The notes under the pieces are model-generated. The model worked only from the letters and a program-made list of their open reading frames with translations. It was not told the origin of the DNA and did no database searches. This document shows, one piece after another, positions 1-12,452 of a stretch of 64,000 nt of DNA. Origin of the DNA: Antedon mediterranea (taxonomy: Eukaryota > Animalia > Echinodermata); the NCBI RefSeq assembly GCF_964355755.1, contig NC_092673.1, forward strand, positions 7,688,001 through 7,752,000, written 5' to 3'. Positions within the stretch are counted from its first letter, which is position 1. Each line of letters opens with the position of its first letter. The position numbers were made by a program, and so were the translations under genes.

Positions 1-922
1 AAATGTTCCTCCTTAAATGGGGTGTTGCTTGCATAGGGGTTGGCTAGTATTGTATTTCCCCTCATTTGAATTACAACAAAGTGTCTCCTATAGGAATATC
101 CCAAAGGCGAGGTTTTACTGTATCCTATTTCATAACAATACGTTATTGAAATTTGATTGAGGTGATAAAAATAATAATTAATAATTTATTGTTAATGTTA
201 ATCATAAATAATTAATGATGTTATGAAAAAAGAAACATAAAATCCCACCGGAACACTCAATGTCATTCAAACATCATTGTCTACTGCATGAACATGAACT
301 TGAGCTAAGAAGGAACTTGAAGATAATCCCAATAACTAATCCCATAAACTAAGTGCACACTTGAGGATAATCCAAAATAAATAATCCTAAACCAAAGGAG
401 TTGTTACAAAGAAGTGTTGTCCCTTAATGTAACTGTACCACACAGGTAGAATACACCACAATACTACTTAATGGAATGAATTTATGTGGTAGTTGGCTGG
501 TATCACCTAAACAGAAATGTTTCATTGTGATCAGTATGGTTTTTACAGGGTTCAGTTTTCCAGAAAAAGGGCAAAAACAAGCTGGGCCAGATACTATAGG
601 CATACAGCTGTTGCTGGTTTCTAGTTAAAAGGGGCATTTTTAGGCTAAAGGGAGGTTTGAAATGTCTCTGGGCTTGGCAATGATAGATCACTAAAAATTG
701 GTTGAGTAGAGTAGATCTTTCTAGGTTTTTGCATTTGATAGACAGAAAAAATATTTTACAACACATAAATCAATACTTTACAAAATAGCAATACATAGTC
801 CTAATAGTATGGTGTAGATCATTTTCAAATGTAGCTTAAAACCTTCCCAGTACTGTATCATAATTCTGGTCATTTTTATAACATATGTGTATGGATGCGC
901 ACAATAAAAAAAACTGTTATAA

Positions 923-975
923 AGCTTGGTTCCCACTAGAGATGCAACGCAAGATTATAGACGCAACGCAAGCTT
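923..975 (+). mobile_element. Terminal fragment of a Harbinger-like element
   Basis: TAA|AGCTTGGTTCCCACTAG followed by GCAACGCAAG repeats; its reverse complement occurs at 22458-22474. Confidence 0.55.
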
Positions 976-3900
976 TAGCAACAATCATACAAAGATATGG
1001 CATATATACTGAATAATAATACAGCCTTTTGAATGGTATTCATAAACACGTAGTCTATAGTATTAGTAGCTGTATTTACTGGTTAGATGTCAAAATATAC
1101 ATTATGGATTTTTTTTCTTTTTTCTATTCATTGTCTTTACAAAGCTGACAAATGCCCTATGGGACATTTTTGCCAGGTCAAACAGAAAATAATTTACATT
1201 AGCATCACTATTATGAATAGCTGTCATTTAATTTTCTCCAGTTGACTGCTTTATGGAAAACCGAGCAGAATTCATGCCTGTTTGTTTAAAAAAATGATTA
1301 TTTTTATGTCAATTTCTAACAAATGTTATCATTACTACATAGCACTTGATCGTGCCACGACATGAAAAGTCAGTTTTAAATGATTCGTCAAACCAAACGG
1401 AGATCTATTGCCAATATCTGTTTTTGTTGATTCAAGCTGTATCCATCTCAGAGAGATTTTAATTCAATTCGGTTGAGCTACTTGTAAGCCTGTTAATAAT
1501 ACAGATTATGAACAATGATTGCTGTCTATTTCCACTGCACTTAATACGTGTGAAATATGAAATAAACAACGCTATGAACAGATATCGCTTGCAAATTTAA
1601 CACTAAATAAATTAAAAGCTCGTCGAAGAAAATTTTATACGGATTCCATCAAGCATTAAGGTTATATCGTAGGTTAACAAACCATCTTCAATCGTCTTGC
1701 AGCATATCTCTGTAATATATTCATTCATCATCGTTCAACACCTTTTCATAATAAGAAATACAGCAGAGTATCAAAGGGATTATGTTATGCTGATGGAGAT
1801 GATCTTTGTTTTCATAGAAGTTGTCAAGTAATGTAAGCATTAAGATGCTTATAAAACAAATACAAATATTTAATCACAGTATATTGAAGAAAATTAATTG
1901 GCGTATTACAAAAATAAAATATATTTAAGACAAATAAATGAGAAGAAATCTTACAGTCAAGTGTTATTTTGTATGTATTCATTATTAACTTTGTAGTATT
2001 TTATTTAAATTTTAATTGTTATTTAGTTAAATTTATTATTATTATTTTCTGTATAGTATACTGTACAATTCTAAATTGCGACCATATTTTTTTGACATGC
2101 CACACATTCTGTGAATACTAAACTAAATTTCTAAACCAGCGCAAAGAAACTTTTCAACATGACAACTCGTGGTGTGCCGCTAATAGTAGCCTCAGTTGGT
2201 TCAAAACGTATGTTTTAAACTAGCAGAATTTCTAGCAATTTAATGTTTATCTGTAGTATTTTATATTAAATTTGTCTACATGTACAAGAAAGCAAAATAA
2301 TTGTCTTTGTGACAATAAAACGTACTGTAGACCTACATTAAGTATCTACAGTAGTAGATTTTAAATGTAATGTTTCACTTTTTTGAGCATGTAACTTCCG
2401 GAAACAAAGCTTCCTTCGATATACTGTAGGTGATCCTGAGTAATGTATACGTGTGTATTGCATAATGTCAACACACACACACAATTGCAAGTATGACATC
2501 ATTGCCAAATCACCGCCTGTTACCTATTAAACATCATTCACAACTCTTTAGCATTAATTACATTTTTATTAAACATTATTACATTTTTTGTCTCATTATA
2601 AATATGATATATAGCAATATTTCATTATGGTATTTATTATTTTTTTTTTTTATTTTATTTTAAATATTAAAAATAGATGTCATAATTTGTATTTAATTAC
2701 TCTACTTACAATTTGTTTGTATTAAATTTATGTACTTATAATTTTTTGTACTTATTTAATTTTTATTATACTGTATCAAATTAACTGTATGAAAATGTAT
2801 TTTAAATAAAATAAAATACAACTTTTATTTAAAATATTATGGTGTATATTTTCTTCAATCAAAGAAACTAATTTTTTTAATTGACATGATTGTTAAAAAT
2901 TATTGAAATCAATCACAATTGGGTCTACAATTAAATAAATTATTAAATAAAAATATAATTCCTGGTATTAATATTAATACAAATATTTTTATGATAGTGT
3001 ACAATATTAGATTTTCGAATCTGTTACTAATTACCTATTACAGAAAATTAGTAAATTTTAATTTGTTGTTTTGTTGGTCGTTATCTCACACGACTGCTGG
3101 AATTAGTCAGTGCAATCAATATGTTGTGATATTTTCAACTCTGCGGAATCGTTCAGATTTGAGCCAGACATTTTAATTGAATATTCCAAGCAGTTGCTAT
3201 GCAGAACAAACATTATGATACAATTAGATGGATTTAACCAAATACAACTAAAAGCCGTGCAAGTAAATTCTCCTGTATTCCTACCACTAATTCGTTGCAA
3301 AGCATGCCAAATGGCTTCCCGACGCTATCTTTCATTCGCTGCTCTCGGCTAACGGCTCATCGAAGTCGATTCTGGCCAATAATTGAGTGCAGATTAAAAC
3401 ATTATTAGATGCGCTTTACAAAGAGGCATCGAATTACTCTCATTGTTTTTAATCTTATTAATTATGGATCGGCAAAATGCTAGTGTTTCCATCGTTTGCC
3501 GGATAATACGGCGGGTGAAGAGAAAGTGGATGTGAACTGATTCAATGAAGCATAGCATATTTAGTACAAATTTGGCTTAATTTTACAATAAGTTTATTCT
3601 TTCCTTTGTTATTGTAAATGCTAGCAAATCTTCCGGCTTTTCGGTTAGAATTTAAAGTAAATCTGAGTCGATAAAGATTCACACAGTACATGATAATTGT
3701 CTCTATCCTTCACAAGACAGTGATTAATGGTAACTTCTGCCCTAGATTCGTCTCAGTAATAGTTTTGAATTATTGTTCATTTTTTATTGAATCTTAAGGA
3801 ATAAAAGATGCGTTAGTGGAAGATGGTGATGAAGTAGTTAATTGGACATGATTATGACAATGAAACTTCCCGATTTTAATGATTTTAATGACAATTACTT

Positions 3901-5686
3901 GGGTTCATTAATAGGTCATTTTAGATATTTGCTATCCATCACACATTAATATCACTTTTAAAATAAGAAAAGAATTTTTATACAGCCAGCAGTATCAAAA
4001 TTGGGAAAAATTATAAAGAAATTGCCTGGATCAAGGTTTTTATTACTTTTCAAGTAATGTTCTCCCCTATAGGAGGAAAGGCCAATGTCAGTTTATCCAG
4101 GTAAGCTAGGCACGAATTAGACTATAATCAGAAATTGTTTTAATTTTCATTGTTGTATTGTAACAAAATTGTTAATGTTTGATTAGAAGATTTAAACACA
4201 CTTTATTAATAATTTTTATTTAAATTCTAGTATATTATCAAAATTAATTGCAAAATATTAAATAAATCATAAACTGTATTTCAAATTAATTAAAGGTAAA
4301 CTTTACCTCTTTATGAATACCAGTAAGAACAATTAAAGAAATTGCTTTTATTTTCATTGTTTTAACAATAGTTGATTTATATAAGAGATTTTAATTGCAA
4401 AAATATTGAACAATCAATAGACTGTACTTTAAATAATTAAAAGGTATGAATCCTAAGGTTTAATAACAAAAAGAATATAAATAATTAATAAATGTGTACT
4501 ATCAGTATCATAATAAATGCAAAATTAATTATAATTCAAAAATAATGTGACTAATAGCAAAATGTCTTGTTTCAAAATTAAAATCAAGGAAGTACATCCT
4601 GAATAATGAATACATTATTGCCTTTTTTCATGATTGATAATTACCTTCATAATTACTAATTATACTGTATATTCATAATTAAAAGTGTACTCTACTACCT
4701 AAAAGAAATCAAATTCATAAGAAAATGATAATCAAGTAAAAACCATTAACTTCTCATTAAGATACTTTCAAGGGGGCAAATAAAACACTATTAATGAGTT
4801 ATTCATTTCTTGTTCAGAAACATAGAAGCGTATTAGCCTGGCCAATACAAATCGCTGTAAAGATCGTATTTATTAATCAGGCTTTGTTTATGCTTCAAAA
4901 ATTTGTAATAACTAGACTAAGATACTCTCGTCCGTTTCCGCGTGAGCAACCAAGATATTTTGCTAGTAGTAGAAGCTTGAGTAGAGTTTCACGTACAAAG
5001 CACTTTGACTGTACATTCCACGTTTTCTTTAAAATTCTGGTTCTATTTCTAATACAGCACACCCTCTTGTAGTAGTTAGTAAAGTCAAATGCCAAGATCC
5101 AGAGTACATATAACAGCAATGTTGAAGATTTTGAAAGTATATACACAGTATTAAATAAGATAGGAATTAAAATAAAAACAAAATCAGAACAGATTTAATT
5201 TATAAATAGATTAATAAAATATATAACCAAAGCACTTGAATTGAAGTAGTAAGTAAAAGATGGTAAATAAAACATTCTTTGTATAATTAACCATGTTTAT
5301 AAAAAAAAACATACAAGATACAAGATAACTTTATTGTCAAAATTGTTAACAATTTCGAGATATGTTTTGTACCTGAGTAGAATATAGAATGTACAGTTTA
5401 AACATTGTTTAAAATATTGTAGTTCTCTTTATGAAAATATTCATTCATATTAATATAATTATCATTAAGATGAAGTAAAAGACACAATAAAACAGGAAAT
5501 AAAAATAGCCAACAGCAAGAGTTAGTAGATGATAAATCACATAATCTGACAATCTGGTACCACGACAGGCAGATGATGGATGGGTTAGTGGGCCAGGTTA
5601 ATTCCTATCTAAACAATAGATGTTACCATCTGAGCTGAACCAATTAGTGGCCTGCCCTACAAAAATTCAGGTACTAGGCCCTTTTA

Positions 5687-6371
5687 GGCCCTGTTTCTGC
5701 TGCCAAGAAAATACCGTATTTTTTGAATACCGTATATAGACCGTATTTGTTTGGCAGCAGAAACTGCGCTCATAAAAAAAATACCATATTTTGTATACCG
5801 TATTTTCCCCACAAAATTTGTGGATAAAATACGGTATTTACAAATTTATACCGGATTTTTTGTACCCTTTTCTGCTGCCAATAAAAAATACCGTATTTTG
5901 TTTAACCTGTGACATGAGGTCAACATCGTGTTTTTATTTTCTGTCGCTGTCAGCTGTTTTACACATGTGTATAGATATATTCGGCGAAAATGTGGAGCGA
6001 AGACGTCACAGTATTTACTATATAAATCTGTGTGGGAAAGGGGTGGGGAAGCTAAAAATGTCCGGCCAACTAAAAGGTAATAAAAGAGACAACCACATTT
6101 ATAAAGACATTTGTAAAAAAATAAAGCAGCAGGAGTACGGAATAGTCGCCAAAGCAAGTAAATTCAAAGCTCTCAACATCTCTATCACTAGGGCTAGGCT
6201 GTTGAAAGTGAGACGTAAAACTTCCTTTATTGCGATTTTTAATTATCGACCAAATATTTTAACACGACCACCCAAGAAGTATTGTTAGCAGAAACGGGGT
6301 ACTAAAAATACGGTATAAAAAATATCGTGTTTTTATACCGTATTTTGAGCAGTTGCAGCAGAAACAGGCCC
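5687..6371. mobile_element. PIF/Harbinger-like MITE (685 bp)
   Basis: 17-bp TIRs GGCCCTGTTTCTGCTGC / GCAGCAGAAACAGGCCC (1 mismatch), TTA target-site duplication (5684-5686, 6372-6374), many internal ATACCGTATT subterminal repeats, no transposase. Confidence 0.85.
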
Positions 6372-9300
6372 TTAGAGCTCATCGTAATCATTTTTTATAA
6401 TACAGTACTATTGTAATCAAGCTGTTAGGGTGGGCTCTGTCACATCTTGAAAAGACAATTAATCATTATACCTTTGCTCTGTCAATAACTTTGTTTAGGG
6501 CAACGCCCTAGGCCTAAAGGAACACTACCAAAACTAACTACTGCATCAATCTTACATCATAAATCATTATCCTTAAAAAAGGAATTGTATAGAATATTGT
6601 TAAAAAAAAAGCCTGAATTGTCCTATGCTTACAATTAAAGGAAAATGGACTTTTTTATAGGTGACATTCAATTCTGAAATATATACAGTAAGAGGTAGCG
6701 CTTAGAGGATTGTGGTGCAATTTTACCATCAATTCGTATGATATTGCTTTCATAATGTGTTTGTGACATTACCATCACCCCATTCCATATGAACCCCACA
6801 CCCACATTTCTTTCTGTTAAACTAAAAATTATAGTAGTGCTATTACTTTGCAGGATAATTAATAATACTGCTAATATAACTATCAAAATAATGCCATGAT
6901 TATGGGGATGATCTTTGTGGCAGAAGTTTAAAAGATAGATGGATAATTTGCACATGTCTCAATCCATTGTTGGTGTTAAGTGATCCTCAATGGTTACCAG
7001 ATGGGATCTCTGAAAACCCAAGGAAAATGACAGAATGTTTGACCCTGGCAATTATCAAACCTTCATTTCTATGTGACATATCATTGACTTGAAAGTAATT
7101 ATTTACAATGTACTTTGTTACTGATAGTATGGATAGGAAATATCACATTGGTGAAACTTTACCAGTAGTGCCATAACAGTAGAAATCCTAATTTGGGACA
7201 CCTCGATTAAGGAGACACTCCTATAGGGGTCACTTTCACATGAAACGAATGAGAAGAAATAATGTTAACACTACAGTCAACACATATTCAGGGGACACCC
7301 CTTTTTTTAAGCGGACACTTTATAATTTCACCTAAAGGTGTCCACCTAAGTTTGTTTTTTATTATTTTGTTATCTTTTGCTTGAGTTTAAAGCTAACCTC
7401 AACCAACATCAAATCTACTTTCTTCTTATCGAAATTGCATTAGGGAAAAAAAAGCGCAGAATATTTAGGCCAGCCCAAGGGTGTTTTGGGAGAGTTGAAA
7501 TTTAATTCATAGAGTATGCATTCAGATCATTTTTAAATATGTGTAAGTAAATATCAAAATGTTTACCTTTGTAAAAAAAAAAGTATTTTTCAAATTTATA
7601 AATAAATAATTAAAAACTATGAAGTTCTATACTTTATTTTAGTTTACACTCTGTACAAAGGTAGACAGGGTTAAATAGGTTAGTATCACAGCTCCTATTT
7701 TAATGGAAATCTAAAATCAGCCTCCTTTGAGTAGTTGGGGGTCAGAGTGTTTGCCCTTAAGGAGAGACATTAAAATGAGAAAAACAGCCTACATTGTAAT
7801 AGGTGCTACTAGTTTTGACATAGTATGCAAATTTTTCTGGATAAAACCAAGTTTTAATGACATCTCTAGCCTTGAAAACTTTGAACTGCTTTGTGAGAAG
7901 AATGAGAAATGCCAAGACTTTTCATAAGCATTGATCACACACAGCAAAAAAAAAAACAAAAACCAAGAATCAATTACATTAACTTATTGTCTTTTCAGCT
8001 ATGTTAAAACTGGCTTTCGCTGACTAAATAATTCCCATGGTTATATCAGGCCACTTTAGCAGTTTTTCTATATGCATTTCTGTAAATATTGTGAACTGAC
8101 TACTAATGGCATAACATTTCTATAACTATGTTATTCAAAAGTGTAATTACACAAAACATAACTGGCGGGCCATACGTTTTGCCATAGGATTATTTCTATC
8201 CAATCACTTTATCAATATCGTCATGTAGCGTATACACGCTTATTACTTCGTACGAAACATATCAACGGCATTTTTTAAACGGTTGTCATTCATTAGTATA
8301 GAAATCACATAACGTACAAATATGAACGCGTAGCTGTTGTGTGAGAAAGGTGTCCGCTCTGACGGAATGTTGCCGGTGGAAGAGATAGAAATTCACTTTT
8401 GAAAATTAGTCAAAATATGAAGAATAATGAAAAGCTCTTTTAGAAATAATGAGGCAATTACTTGTAAAGATCTATCATATCGTAAATCAATCACATGCAT
8501 AAAATAGTCATTTGATGCTAATATCAATATGAAATTTAAATTCATATTTTTTATAATGAGGATCTGATTAATGAAACAAAAAAAAACATACTTTCAAATG
8601 TAATACAATTACACATTATGATTTTGTTCTACAGAAACTGGTCGTTAACCTAATAGATAACATTGCAAAGTACTGTACTTGTATAAGATAAATTGTGAAT
8701 TGTACTTTTATGAACTTTTGCCGAATAAATATTATTATTATTCTATTTTTGTTTTGATGTACTGTACTGTAGTATAGGAAACTATGGGCGTAAATAAAAA
8801 AATAAAATCAGGGCTTTAAAATATTAATTTGATTTATATAAAGGTATTCATACAGTAATACATTGTTTTTCTACCCACTTGCAGTCTAAGGTAAATGTAC
8901 TAATGTTTTAAGTATGAATAGGAATTGTAATAAATATATTATATAAATAATAAAAAGATCACTTATAACAGGAAAAGATAATAAAACATAAATCAAAATA
9001 CAATTTTGAAAGTATATAATAAAAGTAACACATATGACAATGTGTAAACAAATACGGTTACAATCACTGAATACAGCAGCCAGGACCATATAAACTTTAT
9101 TTCTATACATAAAATAAGAAGTAGATTTAGAATTATATTTCAACACTCAAGTAAAAATATGACTATAGAGTAAGAGACTAGGCAATGAATGAAAGTTTCC
9201 TATCCTTTACTATATTCATCAACTTCCCAGTTTTTGTTTCCTCCGGGGAAGCTACCTAGTTAGGAGTTTTTCCCTGGAGTAATTGGAACACAGAAAATGC

Positions 9301-11512
9301 TTCACAAAGACTCAAGAGTAATTATTGACATGGTTACATTACGGTACAGTAAAATTATAATTATGTTAGGCCTAGACTGAATCATTTTATAAATAAATTA
9401 ATTAAAAGTTCTCATTTATAAAATAAAATGGAGAATATGCTATATAAATTAACCTTTTTGAGATTTCAGTGTTCAGTGTTTTGTAATGTGATCAATTATT
9501 CGGCAGAGGCATTTTTTATCATGTTTAATATCATGTCGATATAAGCTATTTTATAATAAACAATATTAATACCAACAGGGAAACAACATTAATTGAAATT
9601 CTTATCTTCAAACGGAAAAGCAGTTTCACTCAAAATGATTTTATTACAAACAAGTGTGCTGGATAGTGGTCCCAGTTTTATGATTTATTCATTTATGAAA
9701 TAAAAAATGCAAATTCATGACAAGGGAACATCTAGCATCCCTTGACACTGACATATAGAAATGTGGCTGAATGAAAGTGAATTAGTCAACTTGTATTTAA
9801 TGTGTATCCAGGCCATTTCTCTTTTTTTTCTATATTAACAAAATTTTCAAATGTTAACTTTCTTTCCAATAATAATTTAATTCAATAATTTTTGCCAGAG
9901 AAAATGTTAAAACAATATTTCATTTTTTTTCATAGAGAAATATAGGGCATTAAACATTATTAATATAATGTGAATCCTACAGACAGATCACAGACCATAA
10001 AATACAGTCAGTATTAGTAACATTCACGTTTTTTAACTCTAATTAACGACCACTTGCGAATAGGCTTAAGTGACTTTTGGCATAATTGGTCCCTATTTAG
10101 AAACAGTAATGAATTAAGACTTACACAGTAACTTATTTCCATTTCATCAGGTCCAACAAATTCACCTTCTTAAATTGTCTTGAAAGAAAACACAAAGTAT
10201 GAATTCTCGGGTACAGTAAGTACAATGACCGAGCTGTTAAGACACTGGAACCGTAATAGTAGCCTTAACATAGGCAAGGGTTCGAGGCTCACTTGTCTCA
10301 TGCTTTTGGTGGTAAAACAAGTTTTCTCAGATAGACTATAAACTCTAGGTTCAGTGTACACTTTTGCTAAAAAGCCTACTGTAGTTCATCTCTCGAGACG
10401 AGTAGGAGGTTAGTTACCCTGGTGTACTAGTATACATAACCACTCATAACTGGGCCCTCTAATAGTCTAATGGTCAGATGTCTAGATATCCAAAAGCCTT
10501 ATTAGTTTATATCTTATTTGAGTATGTTTGCTTCTCAGTCAATTGATAGTTTGTTCATATTTTTTTTATTAAATTATCATTTATTTCAATATATCACAGT
10601 ACAAAATAATCTCTTGTTCCATTACATTAAAAAATTAATGCTACCTAATTGCACGACCAAAAAATATAATTAAACGATTCTGTGTCAAGCGCAAAATAAG
10701 GATCCATGATATGAAAATGGTATTATGCATGATTTATAGTCTTATACAGATTTGTCTTTTATTATTCATTTTTATCAATAAGTAATTTGTGATTACTTAT
10801 GGTAAATACTTTGAATGTCCTCAAGACAATTCCGGAAGTTAATATTCAGAACACACTGCAAATAAGCTATACAAGCCTACAAAACACATCGTAAAATCCA
10901 CTCTAAAATGAAGACGCAACATCTCGTAAGCCACACAAAAATATGGTGTCTTAAAATGCACAAAATTGCACATATACAGTTTATTAGCAATACTGATCTT
11001 ACTAGTCCTAATTTAACGACACTGACATTCTGAAATATACTAGAATGATTTACCTAAACATTTTTTTATAGAAAACTGTAAAACACTAGCCGTCTTGCCC
11101 AAGAAGGGATTAAACATGTGCAAATGTACATTATGAATCTATACAGTTTAAAGTGCCGGTACAAAATTAAATTACTGTACATTACTATACTGTATGGTGT
11201 ATGACCAACAACAAAAACATTTATTATCAATATTATCAACAGTATAAAATAACATGCAATTGAGAAAATAAATTTAATTAACATATATTATAATTGTATA
11301 TGCTAGAAGTATATAGAAGAATTTGCGTTTCATCCCAGAAATACCACATGCCAGTTAATAATAATTATTACATTATAGCTAAGTATAAATAATGTAACTG
11401 TTAATAATAGTACTAAAGTACTATGTAATTATACTTTTATTATAAATCTACTGTAATTAATATTCAAATTTGTTAAATTTACATTTTTGTGCCCTGCTGC
11501 TAGTGCTACCAC

Positions 11513-12452
11513 TAGTCTGGGTTCCAGACGGAGTTTTGTCTTAATATTAGTAAAAAGATAAATATTTTGGCACCTATGGCGTTTCATACGTATACTACTT
11601 GATTTTGGATACTCCGTCTGGGGAAACACGCACAAGTCACGTGGTTTGACACCAAGAATTCTTGGTGCATACGATTATCCGGTTGACTAGTTTCAGCTGC
11701 ATGCGATTGGCTACTCACTCGTACACCGTTTTAATATTCATATTTCAGAATTTCAAAGACTCAACAACTAAGATGATGCGCATGCGCTATGTTACGTTTA
11801 GACAATGTGTACTTGGGTACATTTATGAAAGTTTCTGAAGGCTAGAAATTATTTTATATGCCTAGTAGTCTGGTAAACATTTGATGGGATTTTTCCCAAG
11901 AACATGAAAACTCGTCTTGATATGATAGGCTAGCTTCTCCGCAAATCAAACATTGAATGGATCATTTATTACGCGGAGATAATTTTGATTTAATTCCCAC
12001 CCAGACCCTGTCCTGTTCTGTGTGGTGGTGTAGCCCTGTTGTTGTGTGCCGGTGGTATGTAGGCCTACTTTATTGGCGTTTTATTTGGCAGGTCATACGT
12101 GCGAGTTGAGTAGGACCTACGAACAAGGACTAAACAATTAATAAACAAAACAACTTGGCATTACGATTTTATATTTCAACAGTCTTGATCGTACATTCAG
12201 CACTGTACGTACTCGATCTTTTTCATTTTGAAACAAAATGATCATTGGTTGATTCGAAATCCATATTTACATTCGCCCGCCCCATATAGCCAAATACGGT
12301 ATGATAACCTACGTCATTCTTATCAGATGTTTGCGGTCTGCAAATCGATTTCTATACGTGTTTCACAAGTCTGTATTTTCAGACAAAAATCGCGGTTGAA
12401 ATAAAAACAAATAAATAAAAAAAAAAGATAATACAGACTTGGGGCAAGTCTA
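11513..12452. mobile_element. Non-autonomous Academ(H)-like DNA transposon, copy 1
   Basis: Ends TAG...CTA with small terminal hairpins (GTCTGG..CCAGAC; GACTT..AAGTC), flanked by direct repeat GTGCTACCAC (11503-11512, 12453-12462). Highly similar to 60557-61920. The superfamily call is an inference from TAG ends plus a 9-10 bp TSD. Confidence 0.8.

Noticed and set aside
5791-6288. Longest ORF in the track (165 aa)
   Set aside because: Lies inside a MITE, has a non-ATG start and shows no transposase or other recognisable motif.
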